Source: a virus
Reading direction: 5' to 3' (one strand)
UHGV virus genome: UHGV-1394707
DNA length: 32,637 bases
Shown here: one piece after another, positions 16,743-26,857 of the stretch
Position numbering within the stretch: the first letter of the stretch is position 1
Layout of the letters: each line of letters begins with the position of its first letter
The notes under the pieces: model-generated
What the model was told of the DNA's origin: nothing
The model's database searches: none
Seen by the model: only the letters and a program-made list of their open reading frames with translations
Position numbers and translations under genes: made by a program

Positions 16743-18042
16743 TCTGGCGTATGCCGCACGCCTCCCGCCAAAGGAGGCTGTCGCGTATTTCCGCGCCAAA
16801 GGCTACAACATCACCTGGAACTGGTACGAACAACTGGCAGACGCGCACGCCCGCGCCTTTACCGTTGCCAAAGCCACCCGGATGGATGTCCTGACCACAA
16901 TCCGTGAGGAAGTGGAGCGGGCTGTCAGTGAAGGCATCACCCGTGAGGAATTTACCCGCACACTGGCCCCCCGGCTGCAAAAACTCGGATGGTGGGGAAA
17001 ACAAATCATCGTGGATGCAGACGGAAACGCGAAGGTAATCGAGCTGGGCAGTCCGCGTCGTCTGGCAACCATTTATAACGTCAATACCCGTACGGCGTAT
17101 GGGGCAGGACGTTATGCGCAGATGATGAATACCGCCGATTTGTACCCGTACTGGCAGTACGTTGCCGTTATGGATGGCAGAACACGCCCGGAACATGCGC
17201 GGCTGCACAATATGGTTTTCCGGTATGACGACATTTTCTGGCAGACGCATTACCCGCCCAATGGCTGGAACTGCCGCTGTCGCGTCCGGGCGCTGTCTGC
17301 GGCCCGCATGAAAGAACTGGGGCTACAGGTCAGTTATGGTGCGTCATTCATGAATACCCGCGAAGTGGATGCCGGTACGGATGAAAGCACCGGAGAGATT
17401 TTCCGCACATCGTCAACCACGTTTGACAACGGTCGGGTAAAAATGACGCCGGATGTAGGCTGGTCATATAACCCTGGTTCGGCGGCATTTGGTACGGATC
17501 AGGCACTGATTCGAAAACTGGTGGAAATTCGCGACGCGCAGTTGCGTGAGCAGGTTGTTCAGACGCTGAATAACAGCCGGGAGCGTCAGCTTGCTTTTTC
17601 CCTCTGGCTTAAACGCCTAGCAGGATCACGTCAGACCGGTCATGAAATCCGGGCACTGGGTTTTATGACGGAATCGGTAGCTGAAGCCGTACATCAGCGC
17701 ACCGGGAATATGCCAGCCCGTCTGCTTGTGATGAACGGGAAAAGTCTGGCGACCACTGCTGATGCCGCCCTGAAACCGGAGGATTTACAGCATCTGCCGT
17801 CGCTGATGGCAAAACCACAGGCAGTATTGTGGGACAGGGAGAACCACCAGTTGCTGTATGTTGTGGCAACCCGTGACGGCATGGCCCGGATTGTGGTCAG
17901 AACATCACAGACAGTCGGCAGGCAGAATGACCGTGCGGATGTGCTGGTCAGTATCAGCCGCGTATCTGCACAGTCGCTTGAAACCGCGATTGCTGACAGG
18001 ATGATTGACGTACTGGAGGGGCATGTGGAGGTGAATAAGTGA
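16723..18042 (+). CDS. F: Head morphogenesis protein (Mu F-like)
   Basis: About 440 aa; follows the portal as Mu F does; start ambiguous between 16687 and ATG 16723. Confidence 0.75.
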   Translation: MPQQTIDLAYAARLPPKEAVAYFRAKGYNITWNWYEQLADAHARAFTVAKATRMDVLTTIREEVERAVSEGITREEFTRTLAPRLQKLGWWGKQIIVDADGNAKVIELGSPRRLATIYNVNTRTAYGAGRYAQMMNTADLYPYWQYVAVMDGRTRPEHARLHNMVFRYDDIFWQTHYPPNGWNCRCRVRALSAARMKELGLQVSYGASFMNTREVDAGTDESTGEIFRTSSTTFDNGRVKMTPDVGWSYNPGSAAFGTDQALIRKLVEIRDAQLREQVVQTLNNSRERQLAFSLWLKRLAGSRQTGHEIRALGFMTESVAEAVHQRTGNMPARLLVMNGKSLATTADAALKPEDLQHLPSLMAKPQAVLWDRENHQLLYVVATRDGMARIVVRTSQTVGRQNDRADVLVSISRVSAQSLETAIADRMIDVLEGHVEVNK

Positions 18043-18509
18043 GTCTTGATATGAACGTTGCCGTGGATGTGCGACGTATTCAGCTTGCACTGGATGAACT
18101 GGGAACCGTTACACGTGACCGCGCCATTCCCCGTGTGATGGCTGCGGCGCTGCTGTCATCCACGGAACAGGCATTTGAACGGCAGGCAGACCCGGATACA
18201 GGGAAAGGCTGGGAAGCGTGGAGCGATTCGTGGCAGGCATGGCGTCAGGATCATGGTTTTGTTCCGGGCAGTATCCTTACCCTGCATGGCGATCTGGCAC
18301 GCAGCATTACCACCGATTATGGACAGGATTATGCCCTGATTGGTTCGCCAAAAATTTATGCTGCCATTCATCAGTGGGGCGGTACACCCGATATGGCACC
18401 CCGCCCGGCAGGCGTTCCTGCGCGTCCTTATATGGGGCTGGATAAGACCGGGGAACAGGAAATTTTTGATGCCATCAGAAAACGCGTCAGCGCCGCTCTG
18501 AGGCAATAA
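18039..18509 (+). CDS. Virion morphogenesis protein, positional equivalent of Mu G (gp31)
   Basis: 156 aa; GTG start 6 nt after GGAGGTG and overlapping the F stop (GTGA). Confidence 0.7.
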   Translation: MSLDMNVAVDVRRIQLALDELGTVTRDRAIPRVMAAALLSSTEQAFERQADPDTGKGWEAWSDSWQAWRQDHGFVPGSILTLHGDLARSITTDYGQDYALIGSPKIYAAIHQWGGTPDMAPRPAGVPARPYMGLDKTGEQEIFDAIRKRVSAALRQ

Positions 18510-18640
18510 ACTGAATCAGACATGAAATCAGCCGCACAGATTTTTTAAAACGCGCCACGGGATTTTTAAACCGGTATTTAACGGTGTATGAATCCCGTTT
18601 TATCTTCCTTCCACTTTCTTTCTCCATTACTCAAATAGCA
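18510..18640. other. Candidate strong gyrase site (central non-coding region between G and I)
   Basis: 196-bp gap about 18.2 kb from the left end, i.e. near the centre of a ~37 kb Mu genome, where the Mu strong gyrase site maps (between G and I). Confidence 0.4.
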
Positions 18641-18705
18641 TAACCCCAGATTTTCCCGCACCTCCCGCAAACTGACTGCTCACAAACCATGATGAGCAGC
18701 AGGAC
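18641..18705 (+). promoter_or_regulatory. Candidate C-dependent late promoter upstream of I
   Basis: CATAACCCCAGATTTT-CCCGCACCT-CCCGCAAA (~18639-18671); CCCGCA core 51 bp upstream of the I ATG. Confidence 0.5.
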
Positions 18706-19791
18706 ATGAAAAAACACGCGATTGGCATTGCCGCACTGAGTGCGCTGTCCATTGACGATGACGGCTGGTGCCAGCTATTGCCTGCCGGTCATTTCAGTGC
18801 CCGTGATGGTCGTCCGTTTGATGTGACAGGCGGTCAGGGGTGGTTCATCGACGGTGAGATTGCCGGGCGTCTGGTTGAAGGCGTTCGCGCGCTCAACCAA
18901 GACGTGCTGATTGATTACGAGCATAACCAGCTACGTAAGGACAAAGGATTACCCCCGGAACAACTCGTCGCGGCTGGCTGGTTTAACGCCGATGAAATGC
19001 AGTGGCGTGAAGGTGAAGGGTTATTTATCCACCCACGCTGGACGGCGGCGGCCCAGCAGCGCATCGATGACGGCGAATTTGGTTATCTCTCTGCGGTTTT
19101 TCCGTATGACACCGCCACCGGTGCAGTGCTGCAAATCCGCCTTGCTGCGCTGACCAATGACCCCGGTGCCACCGGCATGAAAAAGCTGACCGCACTGGCG
19201 GCAGACCTTCCCGACATCCTTCAACAGGAGAACAAACCCATGAATGAAACGCTGCGCAAGCTGCTTGCGCGTCTTGGGGTGACTGTCCCCGAAAATGCAG
19301 ACATCACCGATGAACAGGCAACAGCGGCACTGACCGCGCTGGACACGCTGGAAATTAATGCCGGGAAAGTGGCGGCGTTGTCTGCCGAACTGGAAAAGGC
19401 ACAGAAAGCCGCCGTTGACCTGACGAAATACGTCCCGGTGGAAAGCTACAACGCCCTGCGTGATGAACTGGCACAGGCGACTGCACAAAGCGCCACAGCC
19501 AGCCTGAGCGCCGTTCTGGACAAGGCGGAACAGGAAGGCCGCATTTTCAAAAGCGAACGTACCTATCTGGAACAGCTTGGCGGTCAGATTGGCGTGGCGG
19601 CACTGTCGGCACAGCTTGAGAAAAAACAGCCTATCGCTGCGTTATCTGCCATGCAGACCACCACAGCGAAAATCCCGTCGCAAGAAAAAACGGCGGTGGC
19701 GGTGCTGTCTGCTGATGAACAGGCAGCAGTGAAGGCGCTCGGCATTACAGAGGCTGAGTATCTGAAAATGAAACAGGAACAAGAAAAATGA
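18706..19791 (+). CDS. I: Head maturation protease / scaffold (Mu I-like)
   Basis: 361 aa, same length as Mu I; directly precedes the major head gene; Ala/Gln-rich helical C-terminal half consistent with a scaffold domain. Confidence 0.8.
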   Translation: MKKHAIGIAALSALSIDDDGWCQLLPAGHFSARDGRPFDVTGGQGWFIDGEIAGRLVEGVRALNQDVLIDYEHNQLRKDKGLPPEQLVAAGWFNADEMQWREGEGLFIHPRWTAAAQQRIDDGEFGYLSAVFPYDTATGAVLQIRLAALTNDPGATGMKKLTALAADLPDILQQENKPMNETLRKLLARLGVTVPENADITDEQATAALTALDTLEINAGKVAALSAELEKAQKAAVDLTKYVPVESYNALRDELAQATAQSATASLSAVLDKAEQEGRIFKSERTYLEQLGGQIGVAALSAQLEKKQPIAALSAMQTTTAKIPSQEKTAVAVLSADEQAAVKALGITEAEYLKMKQEQEK

Positions 19792-20705
19792 TTGTCACCC
19801 CGGCATCCATTAAAGCCCTGATGACCTCCTGGCGTAAGGATTTTCAGGGCGGTCTTGAAGACGCCCCGTCGCAGTACAACAAAATTGCAATGGTGGTGAA
19901 CTCTTCCACCCGCAGTAATACCTATGGCTGGCTGGGTAAATTCCCGACCCTGAAAGAATGGGTGGGTAAGCGAACCATTCAGCAAATGGAAGCGCATGGC
20001 TACTCCATCGCCAATAAAACGTTTGAAGGCACCGTGGGTATTTCCCGTGATGACTTCGAGGATGACAATCTGGGTATTTATGCGCCGATTTTTCAGGAGA
20101 TGGGCCGTTCTGCGGCAGTTCAGCCGGATGAGCTGATTTTTAAACTTCTGAAAGATGGCTTTACCCAGCCCTGCTATGACGGTCAGAACTTCTTCGACAA
20201 GGAGCATCCGGTATATCCGAATGTGGATGGCACGGGCAGCGCGGTTAATACCTCCAACATCGTTGAGCAGGACAGCTTCAGCGGTCTGCCATTCTATCTG
20301 CTGGACTGCTCCCGCGCAGTCAAACCGCTGATTTTCCAGGAGCGCCGCAAACCGGAACTGGTCGCACGTACCCGTATCGATGACGACCACGTTTTTATGG
20401 ATAACGAGTTCCTGTTTGGTGCCAGCGCCCGGCGTGCTGCCGGTTACGGCTTCTGGCAGATGGCTGTCGCGGTAAAAGGCGATCTGACGCTGGATAACCT
20501 CTGGAAGGGCTGGCAACTGATGCGCTCTTTTGAAGGTGATGGCGGTAAGAAACTGGGCCTGAAGCCGACGCATATCGTTGTACCGGTCGGGCTGGAAAAA
20601 GCCGCAGAGCAACTGCTTAACCGTGAACTGTTCGCGGATGGCAATACCACCGTCTCCAACGAGATGAAGGGCAAGCTGCAACTGGTTGTCGCTGACTACC
20701 TGTAA
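19788..20705 (+). CDS. T: Major head subunit (Mu T-like)
   Basis: 305 aa, same length as Mu T; start overlaps I stop (ATGA); followed by a strong terminator hairpin. Confidence 0.85.
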   Translation: MIVTPASIKALMTSWRKDFQGGLEDAPSQYNKIAMVVNSSTRSNTYGWLGKFPTLKEWVGKRTIQQMEAHGYSIANKTFEGTVGISRDDFEDDNLGIYAPIFQEMGRSAAVQPDELIFKLLKDGFTQPCYDGQNFFDKEHPVYPNVDGTGSAVNTSNIVEQDSFSGLPFYLLDCSRAVKPLIFQERRKPELVARTRIDDDHVFMDNEFLFGASARRAAGYGFWQMAVAVKGDLTLDNLWKGWQLMRSFEGDGGKKLGLKPTHIVVPVGLEKAAEQLLNRELFADGNTTVSNEMKGKLQLVVADYL

Positions 20706-20713
20706 CTGTCATT

Positions 20714-20737
20714 AAAAGGCGGTTCAGACCGCCTTTT
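20714..20737 (+). terminator. Intrinsic terminator/attenuator after the major head gene
   Basis: AAAAGGCGG-TTCAGA-CCGCCTTTT hairpin followed by T-run, 9 nt after the stop. Confidence 0.7.
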
Positions 20738-20771
20738 AATCTGATTTAAAGGAAAAGGAGGAGCATGTGTT

Positions 20772-21182
20772 ATGTCAGGCACTTCGCTTAATTCACAACG
20801 GCTGGACACTTCTCGCATCACTTGCACGGCGATTATTAAATGCCTTCGTCCGGTCTACCGCCGCGCCGGAATCGCCTTTACACGTGGCGAAAACACCGTG
20901 GAAGTCACCGAAGAACAACTGGCGATCATTCGTGCCGACAGCGTGCTGTCTGTGGTATCTGCATCGTCAGCAGAAACGCTCGCTGAGGCTGGGGGGCTGG
21001 ACGTTCTGGGTGTGGGCGATCTGAATACCCGTATCCGTGCGACCGTTGCCGGTCTGGATAAGGCAAACCCGGAGCACTTTACCGCAGGGGGAGAACCCAA
21101 AGTGAAAGCCGTCAGTGCGGCGCTGGGGGAACCGGTGAGCAGTGCGCAAATCAAAGCGGCGCTGGCTGAGGCGGATGCATGA
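20772..21182 (+). CDS. Hypothetical head-region protein, positional equivalent of Mu gp35
   Basis: 136 aa, RBS AAGGAGGAG. Confidence 0.6.
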   Translation: MSGTSLNSQRLDTSRITCTAIIKCLRPVYRRAGIAFTRGENTVEVTEEQLAIIRADSVLSVVSASSAETLAEAGGLDVLGVGDLNTRIRATVAGLDKANPEHFTAGGEPKVKAVSAALGEPVSSAQIKAALAEADA

Positions 21183-21604
21183 ATTACGCGACGGTAAATG
21201 ACCTGTGCGCCCGCTATACACGTACGCGGCTGGATATTCTCACCCGCCCTAAAACAGCGGACGGGCAGCCGGATGATGCCGTGGCAGAACAGGCACTGGC
21301 AGATGCTTCGGCCTTTATTGATGGCTATCTCGCCGCGCGCTTTGTTCTGCCGCTTACCGTCGTCCCCTCACTGCTGAAACGGCAGTGTTGCGTGGTGGCC
21401 TGGTTTTATCTGAATGAATCACAACCCACCGAGCAGATCACCGCTGCCTACAGGGACACAGTGCGCTGGCTGGAACAGGTGCGCGATGGCAAAACAGATC
21501 CCGGCGTGGAAAGCAGGACGGCAGCCTCGCCGGATGGTGAAAACCTTGTGCAGGTGCAGTCTGACGCGCCGGTCTTCTCACGAAAACAGAAGGGGTTTAT
21601 CTGA
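21179..21604 (+). CDS. Probable head completion / head-tail joining protein, positional equivalent of Mu gp36
   Basis: 141 aa, start overlaps upstream stop (ATGA). Confidence 0.65.
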   Translation: MNYATVNDLCARYTRTRLDILTRPKTADGQPDDAVAEQALADASAFIDGYLAARFVLPLTVVPSLLKRQCCVVAWFYLNESQPTEQITAAYRDTVRWLEQVRDGKTDPGVESRTAASPDGENLVQVQSDAPVFSRKQKGFI

Positions 21605-22152
21605 TGCTGGAAGAAACCGAAGCCGCACTGCTGGCGCGCGTTCGTGAGTTGTTTGGGGCAACCCTGCGGCAGGTGGAACCCCTTACCGGCACATGGACTA
21701 ACGAGGATGTGCACCGTCTCTTTCTGGCCCCGCCATCGGTATTTCTGGCATGGATGGGCTGTGGTGAGGGGCGTACGCGTCGGGAAGTTGAAAGTCGCTG
21801 GGCATTTTTTGTCGTGGCGGAGTTGCTGAACGGGGAACCGGTAAACCGGCCCGGTATTTATCAGATTGTGGAGCGACTGATTGCCGGTGTTAACGGTCAG
21901 ACGTTTGGCCCGACCACCGGGATGAGACTGACGCAGGTCAGAAATCTTTGTGACGACAACCGTATCAATGCAGGTGTGGTGCTTTACGGCGTTCTGTTCA
22001 GTGGCACTACCCCGCTGCCGTCCGTGGTGGACATGGATTCGCTGGATGATTACGAGCGTCACTGGCAGACCTGGAAATTCCCGGACGAAACCCCGGAATT
22101 TGCCGCACATATCAATGTGAATCAGGAAAAGGATCATGATGCTGAAAATTAA
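21604..22152 (+). CDS. Probable neck/tail completion protein, positional equivalent of Mu gp37
   Basis: 182 aa, start overlaps upstream stop (TGATG). Confidence 0.65.
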   Translation: MLEETEAALLARVRELFGATLRQVEPLTGTWTNEDVHRLFLAPPSVFLAWMGCGEGRTRREVESRWAFFVVAELLNGEPVNRPGIYQIVERLIAGVNGQTFGPTTGMRLTQVRNLCDDNRINAGVVLYGVLFSGTTPLPSVVDMDSLDDYERHWQTWKFPDETPEFAAHINVNQEKDHDAEN

Positions 22153-22342
22153 ACCCGCAGCGGGAAAAGCCATCCGTGACCCGCTCACGATGAAATTACT
22201 GGCGTCTGAAGGAGAAGAAAAGCCCCGTAACAGTTTCTGGATACGTCGCCTTGCAGCCGGTGATGTGGTTGAAGTCGGGAGCACCGAAAACACGTCGGAT
22301 GATACCGACACTGCGCCGAAAAAACGGAGTAAATCGAAATGA
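22136..22342 (+). CDS. Small hypothetical protein, positional equivalent of Mu gp38
   Basis: 68 aa, overlaps both neighbours. Confidence 0.55.
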
Positions 22343-23826
22343 GCGATATTTCATTTAACGCGATCCCGTCAGATGTTCGCGTTCCTCTGACGTATATCGA
22401 ATTTGATAACAGTAATGCCGTCAGCGGAACACCGGCACCCCGTCAGCGCGTGCTGATGTTCGGGCAAAGCGGAAGTAAAGCCAGTGCGGCACCAAACGTG
22501 CCTGTCCGTATCCGTTCCGGCTCACAGGCCAGTGCGGCGTTTGGTCAGGGTTCCATGCTGGCACTGATGGCAGATGCATTCCTGAACGCTAACCGCGTGG
22601 CGGAGCTGTGGTGTATTCCGCAGGGGAACGGCACCGGTAATGCTGCTGTCGGTGAAATTTCACTGTCAGGAACGGCAGGCGAAAACGGCTCGCTTGTGAC
22701 TTACATTGCCGGTCAGCGACTGGCGGTATCTGTCGCAGCAGGTGCAACGGGAGCGGCGCTGGCTGACCTGCTGGTTGCCCGAATCAAAGGCCAGCCTGAT
22801 TTACCGGTGACGGCAGAAGTTCGCGCAGACAGCGGGGATGATGACACCCATGCAGATGTGGTTCTGAGTGCAAAATTTACGGGTGCATTATCTGCCGTGG
22901 ATGTGCGCTGGAACTATTACGCGGGTGAAACCACCCCTTACGGGATTATCACGGCATTCAAAGCCGCCTCCGGGAAAAATGGCAACCCGGATATCAGCGC
23001 AAGTATCGCGGGAATGGGCGATCTGCAATACAAATATATTGTGATGCCCTATACCGATGAACCGAACCTGAATCTGTTACGCACTGAATTGCAGGAACGC
23101 TGGGGACCGGTCAATCAGGCTGATGGCTTTGCCGTGACAGTGCTGTCCGGCACGTATGGGGATATTTCCACGTTTGGTGTCAGTCGTAATGACCATCTGA
23201 TCTCCTGTATGGGGATTGCCGGTGCACCGGAACCGTCATACCTGTACGCCGCCACACTGTGTGCCGTTGCCAGCCAGGCGCTTTCCATCGACCCGGCGCG
23301 TCCTCTCCAGACGCTGACGTTGCCCGGAAGAATGCCGCCTGCGGTGGGGGATCGTTTCACCTGGTCAGAACGTAATGCGCTGCTGTTTGACGGCATCTCC
23401 ACGTTTAACGTGAATGATGGTGGTGAAATGCAGATTGAACGCATGATCACGATGTACCGCACAAACAAGTACGGTGACAGTGATCCGTCTTATCTGAACG
23501 TGAATACTATCGCCACGCTGAGTTATCTGCGTTATTCGCTGCGAACCCGCATCACGCAGAAATTCCCGAACTATAAGCTGGCAAGTGATGGCACCCGCTT
23601 TGCCACCGGTCAGGCCGTGGTGACGCCATCCGTGATCAAAACGGAGCTGCTGGCACTGTTTGAAGAATGGGAAAACGCCGGACTGGTCGAGGATTTCGAC
23701 ACGTTCAAAGAGGAGCTGTATGTAGCACGTAACAAGGACGACAAAGACCGTCTTGATGTGCTGTGCGGCCCGAATCTGATTAACCAGTTCCGCATTTTCG
23801 CGGCACAAGTTCAGTTCATTCTGTAA
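22339..23826 (+). CDS. L: Contractile tail sheath protein (Mu L-like)
   Basis: 495 aa, same length as Mu L; RBS GGAG; followed by the tube gene. Confidence 0.85.
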
Positions 23827-23835
23827 GGAGCATTT

Positions 23836-24192
23836 ATGGCTGGAAATCAGCGTCAGGGGGTGGCGTTCATCCGTGTCAATGGCATGGAGCTTGAAACGAT
23901 GGAAGGGGCCTCCTTCACGCCTTCCGGCATCACCCGTGAAGAAGTGACCGGCTCGCGGGTTTATGGCTGGAAAGGTAAACCACGTGCCGCAAAGCTGGAA
24001 TGCAAAATTCCGGGCGGTGGTGATATCGGTCTGGATGAAATCATCGGCTGGGAAAACATCACGGCAGAGTTTCAGGCAGACACCGGTGAAACCTGGATGA
24101 TGGCGAATGCCTGGCAGGCAGATGAACCGAAAAACGACGGCGGCGAAATTTCGCTGGTACTGATGGCAAAACAAAGCAAACGCATTGCATAA
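23836..24192 (+). CDS. M: Tail tube protein (Mu M-like)
   Basis: 118 aa, same length as Mu M; RBS AAGGAG. Confidence 0.8.
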   Translation: MAGNQRQGVAFIRVNGMELETMEGASFTPSGITREEVTGSRVYGWKGKPRAAKLECKIPGGGDIGLDEIIGWENITAEFQADTGETWMMANAWQADEPKNDGGEISLVLMAKQSKRIA

Positions 24193-24201
24193 GGGGAAAC
24201 A

Positions 24202-24636
24202 ATGGACGAAATGAATTTAAGTCCTGAAGCACAGGAACTGCATGACAGCATTGTGGCTGAGCTTCAGTCCGGTGGTCTGAAACTGAAAGACGGCCTGCCG
24301 TTCGGCACCGGTGACGAGACTGAAATGCAGTATGACGTGACACTGCGTGAACTGACCGCAGGCGATCTGATTGATGCCCAGGCGGCTGCTGAAAAGCTGG
24401 TAATGAGCAAGGAAGGCCCGGTGCTGGTCAGTTCCCCGTCCCGGATGGGACTGGAAATGCTGCGCCGACAGATTGCCAGCGTGGGTTGCATCAAAGGCCC
24501 GTTATCGCTGGCGCTGATGCGCAAGCTGTCTGTTGATGACTTCCAGCGTCTGTCGCTGGCTACAGAGATGCACGACATGGCTGTGGCGGCATCGCTGACG
24601 CAAGAACGGGGGCGAGTGGCTGCGGTGCCGGAATGA
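24202..24636 (+). CDS. Probable tail assembly chaperone, positional equivalent of Mu gp41
   Basis: 144 aa between tube and tape measure genes; RBS AAGGGGA. Confidence 0.65.
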   Translation: MDEMNLSPEAQELHDSIVAELQSGGLKLKDGLPFGTGDETEMQYDVTLRELTAGDLIDAQAAAEKLVMSKEGPVLVSSPSRMGLEMLRRQIASVGCIKGPLSLALMRKLSVDDFQRLSLATEMHDMAVAASLTQERGRVAAVPE

Positions 24637-24780
24637 TATTGAGAAAGCGGCGACAGCGATTGGCGTTATTCTGAAAAGTGGCCCGGAATGGGCCTTGTCT
24701 CTCCCGCTGTCCCGCTTTTTCCGGCACTGCCAGCAGGCGAAAACCCTCTCTCAATATCACCGTTAAATCAGGAAATCTCT

Positions 24781-26853
24781 ATGACCGGGAAACGCTTAAA
24801 GGCGTCTGTCATTATTGATCTTAATGGCAATCTTTCCCGGCGTTCCCGCCAGTATTCGAACCAGATAAACGCCCTGTCCCGTAGCGGGCAAAGTTCCCTT
24901 CGTGCCCTGCGTATGGAGGTTGTGCGCGTTTCTGGTGCCATTGACAGAATGGGTTCTCTGTCAACCCGTACATTCCGAATGCTGTCAGCCGGGGCGCTGG
25001 GTATCGCTGGCGTGGGTTACACCGCCAATAAACTGTTTATTGGTGCAGCCGCCCAGCGTGAGCAACAGATTATCGCCATGAACTCGCTGTATCACGGCGA
25101 TAAGGTCAGAGCGCAGGCCATGATGGCCTGGGCAAAGCAGAACGCGAAGGACACCACGTGGGGGCTGAGTGGTGTTCTGGATGAGATCCGTTCGTCAAAA
25201 GGCTTCGGCATGACGGATGAACAGACGAAACAGTTCATCACCATGTTGCAGGATCAGGGGGCCATGCACGGCTGGGATTTACCCACTGCACAGGGTGCCT
25301 CACTGCAACTGAAACAGATGTTTGCCCGCCAGCAAATCACAGCGGCGGATGCCAACCTGCTGACCGGTTACGGTATTAACGTTTACCAGACGCTGGCGGA
25401 TGCACTGGGTAAAGACGTTAAGGATATCCGCAAACAAGGTGAAAAAGGCAAGCTGGGCCTGAAATCCATTCTGACGGTATTCAGAACGCTGTCAGAACAG
25501 TCAAAAGGTGCACAGGCCAGTGCGATGAACTCCTGGGACGGGATGTTCGCCCAGATGGAAGCTAACCTGCTTGAATTTCGCATAAAGGTGGCAAACAGCG
25601 GCCCCTTTGAAGAAATCAAGAACGAGATGCGCCGGGTGCTTAACTGGCACGACATGGCGGATAAATCCGGGGAACTTGATGCACTGGCAGAAAACATTGG
25701 TCAGAAATTTCTGACCACGTTCAGAACGGTAAAAATCGCGGCACAGGAATTATGGCGCTGGCTGAAACCGGGTAAAGATGCGCTGGCATGGGTTGACCAG
25801 AATATTGTCAGCCTGAAAAAACTGGCTGCTGTTCTGGTGTCTGTCTGGCTTGCCAATAAAGCCCTGAGAGCAGGCTGGGCCGTGGCAAAACCCTCATGGC
25901 AGGTTGCCAGTTATCCGTTTAAAACCGGGCGTCGTATGTGGCGCTGGATGCGAAACCGCAAACGTGGGCAGGCAGGTCTGCCGGTCCCGGATGCCATGAC
26001 GTCTGAGACGCTGTTGCAGGGTATCGGCATTCAGCGTGTGTTTGTCATCAACTGGCCCCGTGGATTTGGTGGCTACAGGAGTGGCGGCGGTCGTCGCGTA
26101 CGGAGCGGCGGAAGAATGGCCCCGCTGTTACCCCGCCAGCCGTTATTGCTGTCCGGGCCACAGCCGCTGGCATTACCTGCACCACGCCCTGTACTGGCAT
26201 TACCCCCACCCGGCGTACCGGTAACGGCACGGCCTGCACCATTACCTTTACCCGGTAAATCCGGTCTTCTGAGCAGGCTTGCAGGCAGTGCTGCCGGGCA
26301 ACTGGTTACGGGAACGGTCGGAAAGCTGGCTGATGCCGGGCGTGCTGTTGGCGGGTGGTTTTCCGGTATCGGAAACAAACTTTCAGGCAGTGTGATCGGT
26401 CGGGTTGTGACGAAAGGTGCCGGGGCGCTGGGCTGGATGGGGAAAGGTGCCGGTCGTGCGTTGTCACGTCTGGGTGGCCCGGTAATGGGGGCACTACAGC
26501 TTGCCCCCGTCCTGATGGATGAGCAGGCGTCAACCCATGAAAAAGCAGGCGCAATTGGCAGTACAGCCGGTGCATGGCTCGGCGGTGCCGTTGGCAGCCT
26601 TGCCGGACCGCTGGGTACGGTTGCCGGTGCCACGCTGGGCAGTGTCGCCGGGGAGTATCTGGGCGGTTTTGTAACCGACCTGTATCAGAAATGGACGGCC
26701 CCGGATAAGGAGCCGCAGGAGCAAAAAGTGAATGCGGAAGCCTCGCTGCGCGTCGAACTTGGCGAGGGGTTACGTCTGACCAGTTCCCGCGTCACCGAGG
26801 ACGGTATGGGGCTGAATATTTACGCGGGCGATAACTACATTACGGGCTGGTAA
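24781..26853 (+). CDS. Tail tape measure protein, positional equivalent of Mu gp42
   Basis: 690 aa from ATG 24781 (RBS AGGAAA); helical N-terminal two-thirds, then a long Gly/Pro/Ala-rich low-complexity C-terminal region; ORF-track extension to 24688 rejected. Confidence 0.8.
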   Translation: MTGKRLKASVIIDLNGNLSRRSRQYSNQINALSRSGQSSLRALRMEVVRVSGAIDRMGSLSTRTFRMLSAGALGIAGVGYTANKLFIGAAAQREQQIIAMNSLYHGDKVRAQAMMAWAKQNAKDTTWGLSGVLDEIRSSKGFGMTDEQTKQFITMLQDQGAMHGWDLPTAQGASLQLKQMFARQQITAADANLLTGYGINVYQTLADALGKDVKDIRKQGEKGKLGLKSILTVFRTLSEQSKGAQASAMNSWDGMFAQMEANLLEFRIKVANSGPFEEIKNEMRRVLNWHDMADKSGELDALAENIGQKFLTTFRTVKIAAQELWRWLKPGKDALAWVDQNIVSLKKLAAVLVSVWLANKALRAGWAVAKPSWQVASYPFKTGRRMWRWMRNRKRGQAGLPVPDAMTSETLLQGIGIQRVFVINWPRGFGGYRSGGGRRVRSGGRMAPLLPRQPLLLSGPQPLALPAPRPVLALPPPGVPVTARPAPLPLPGKSGLLSRLAGSAAGQLVTGTVGKLADAGRAVGGWFSGIGNKLSGSVIGRVVTKGAGALGWMGKGAGRALSRLGGPVMGALQLAPVLMDEQASTHEKAGAIGSTAGAWLGGAVGSLAGPLGTVAGATLGSVAGEYLGGFVTDLYQKWTAPDKEPQEQKVNAEASLRVELGEGLRLTSSRVTEDGMGLNIYAGDNYITGW

Positions 26854-26857
26854 AACC

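Noticed and set aside
19584-20681. 365-aa ORF on the - strand
   Set aside because: Entirely antisense to the major head and I genes in a high-GC region; no RBS; Cys/Gly-rich junk-like translation. Treated as a shadow ORF.
21448-22311. 287-aa ORF on the - strand
   Set aside because: Antisense to the well-supported gp36/gp37-equivalent genes; shadow ORF.
23365-24174. 269-aa ORF on the - strand
   Set aside because: Antisense to the 3' end of the sheath gene and the tube gene; shadow ORF.
24601-24636. Search for a -1 slippery heptamer (X XXY YYZ) at the 3' end of the chaperone gene
   Set aside because: No heptamer of that form is present in the zero frame, and the -1 frame closes at about 24672; only the +1 frame stays open (reported as a finding).
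24688-24780. N-terminal extension of the tape measure frame
   Set aside because: No start codon or RBS upstream; the RBS-backed ATG is at 24781.
26073-26633. 186-aa Pro-rich ORF on the - strand
   Set aside because: Mirror image of the Gly/Pro/Ala-rich low-complexity C-terminal region of the tape measure protein; not an independent gene.
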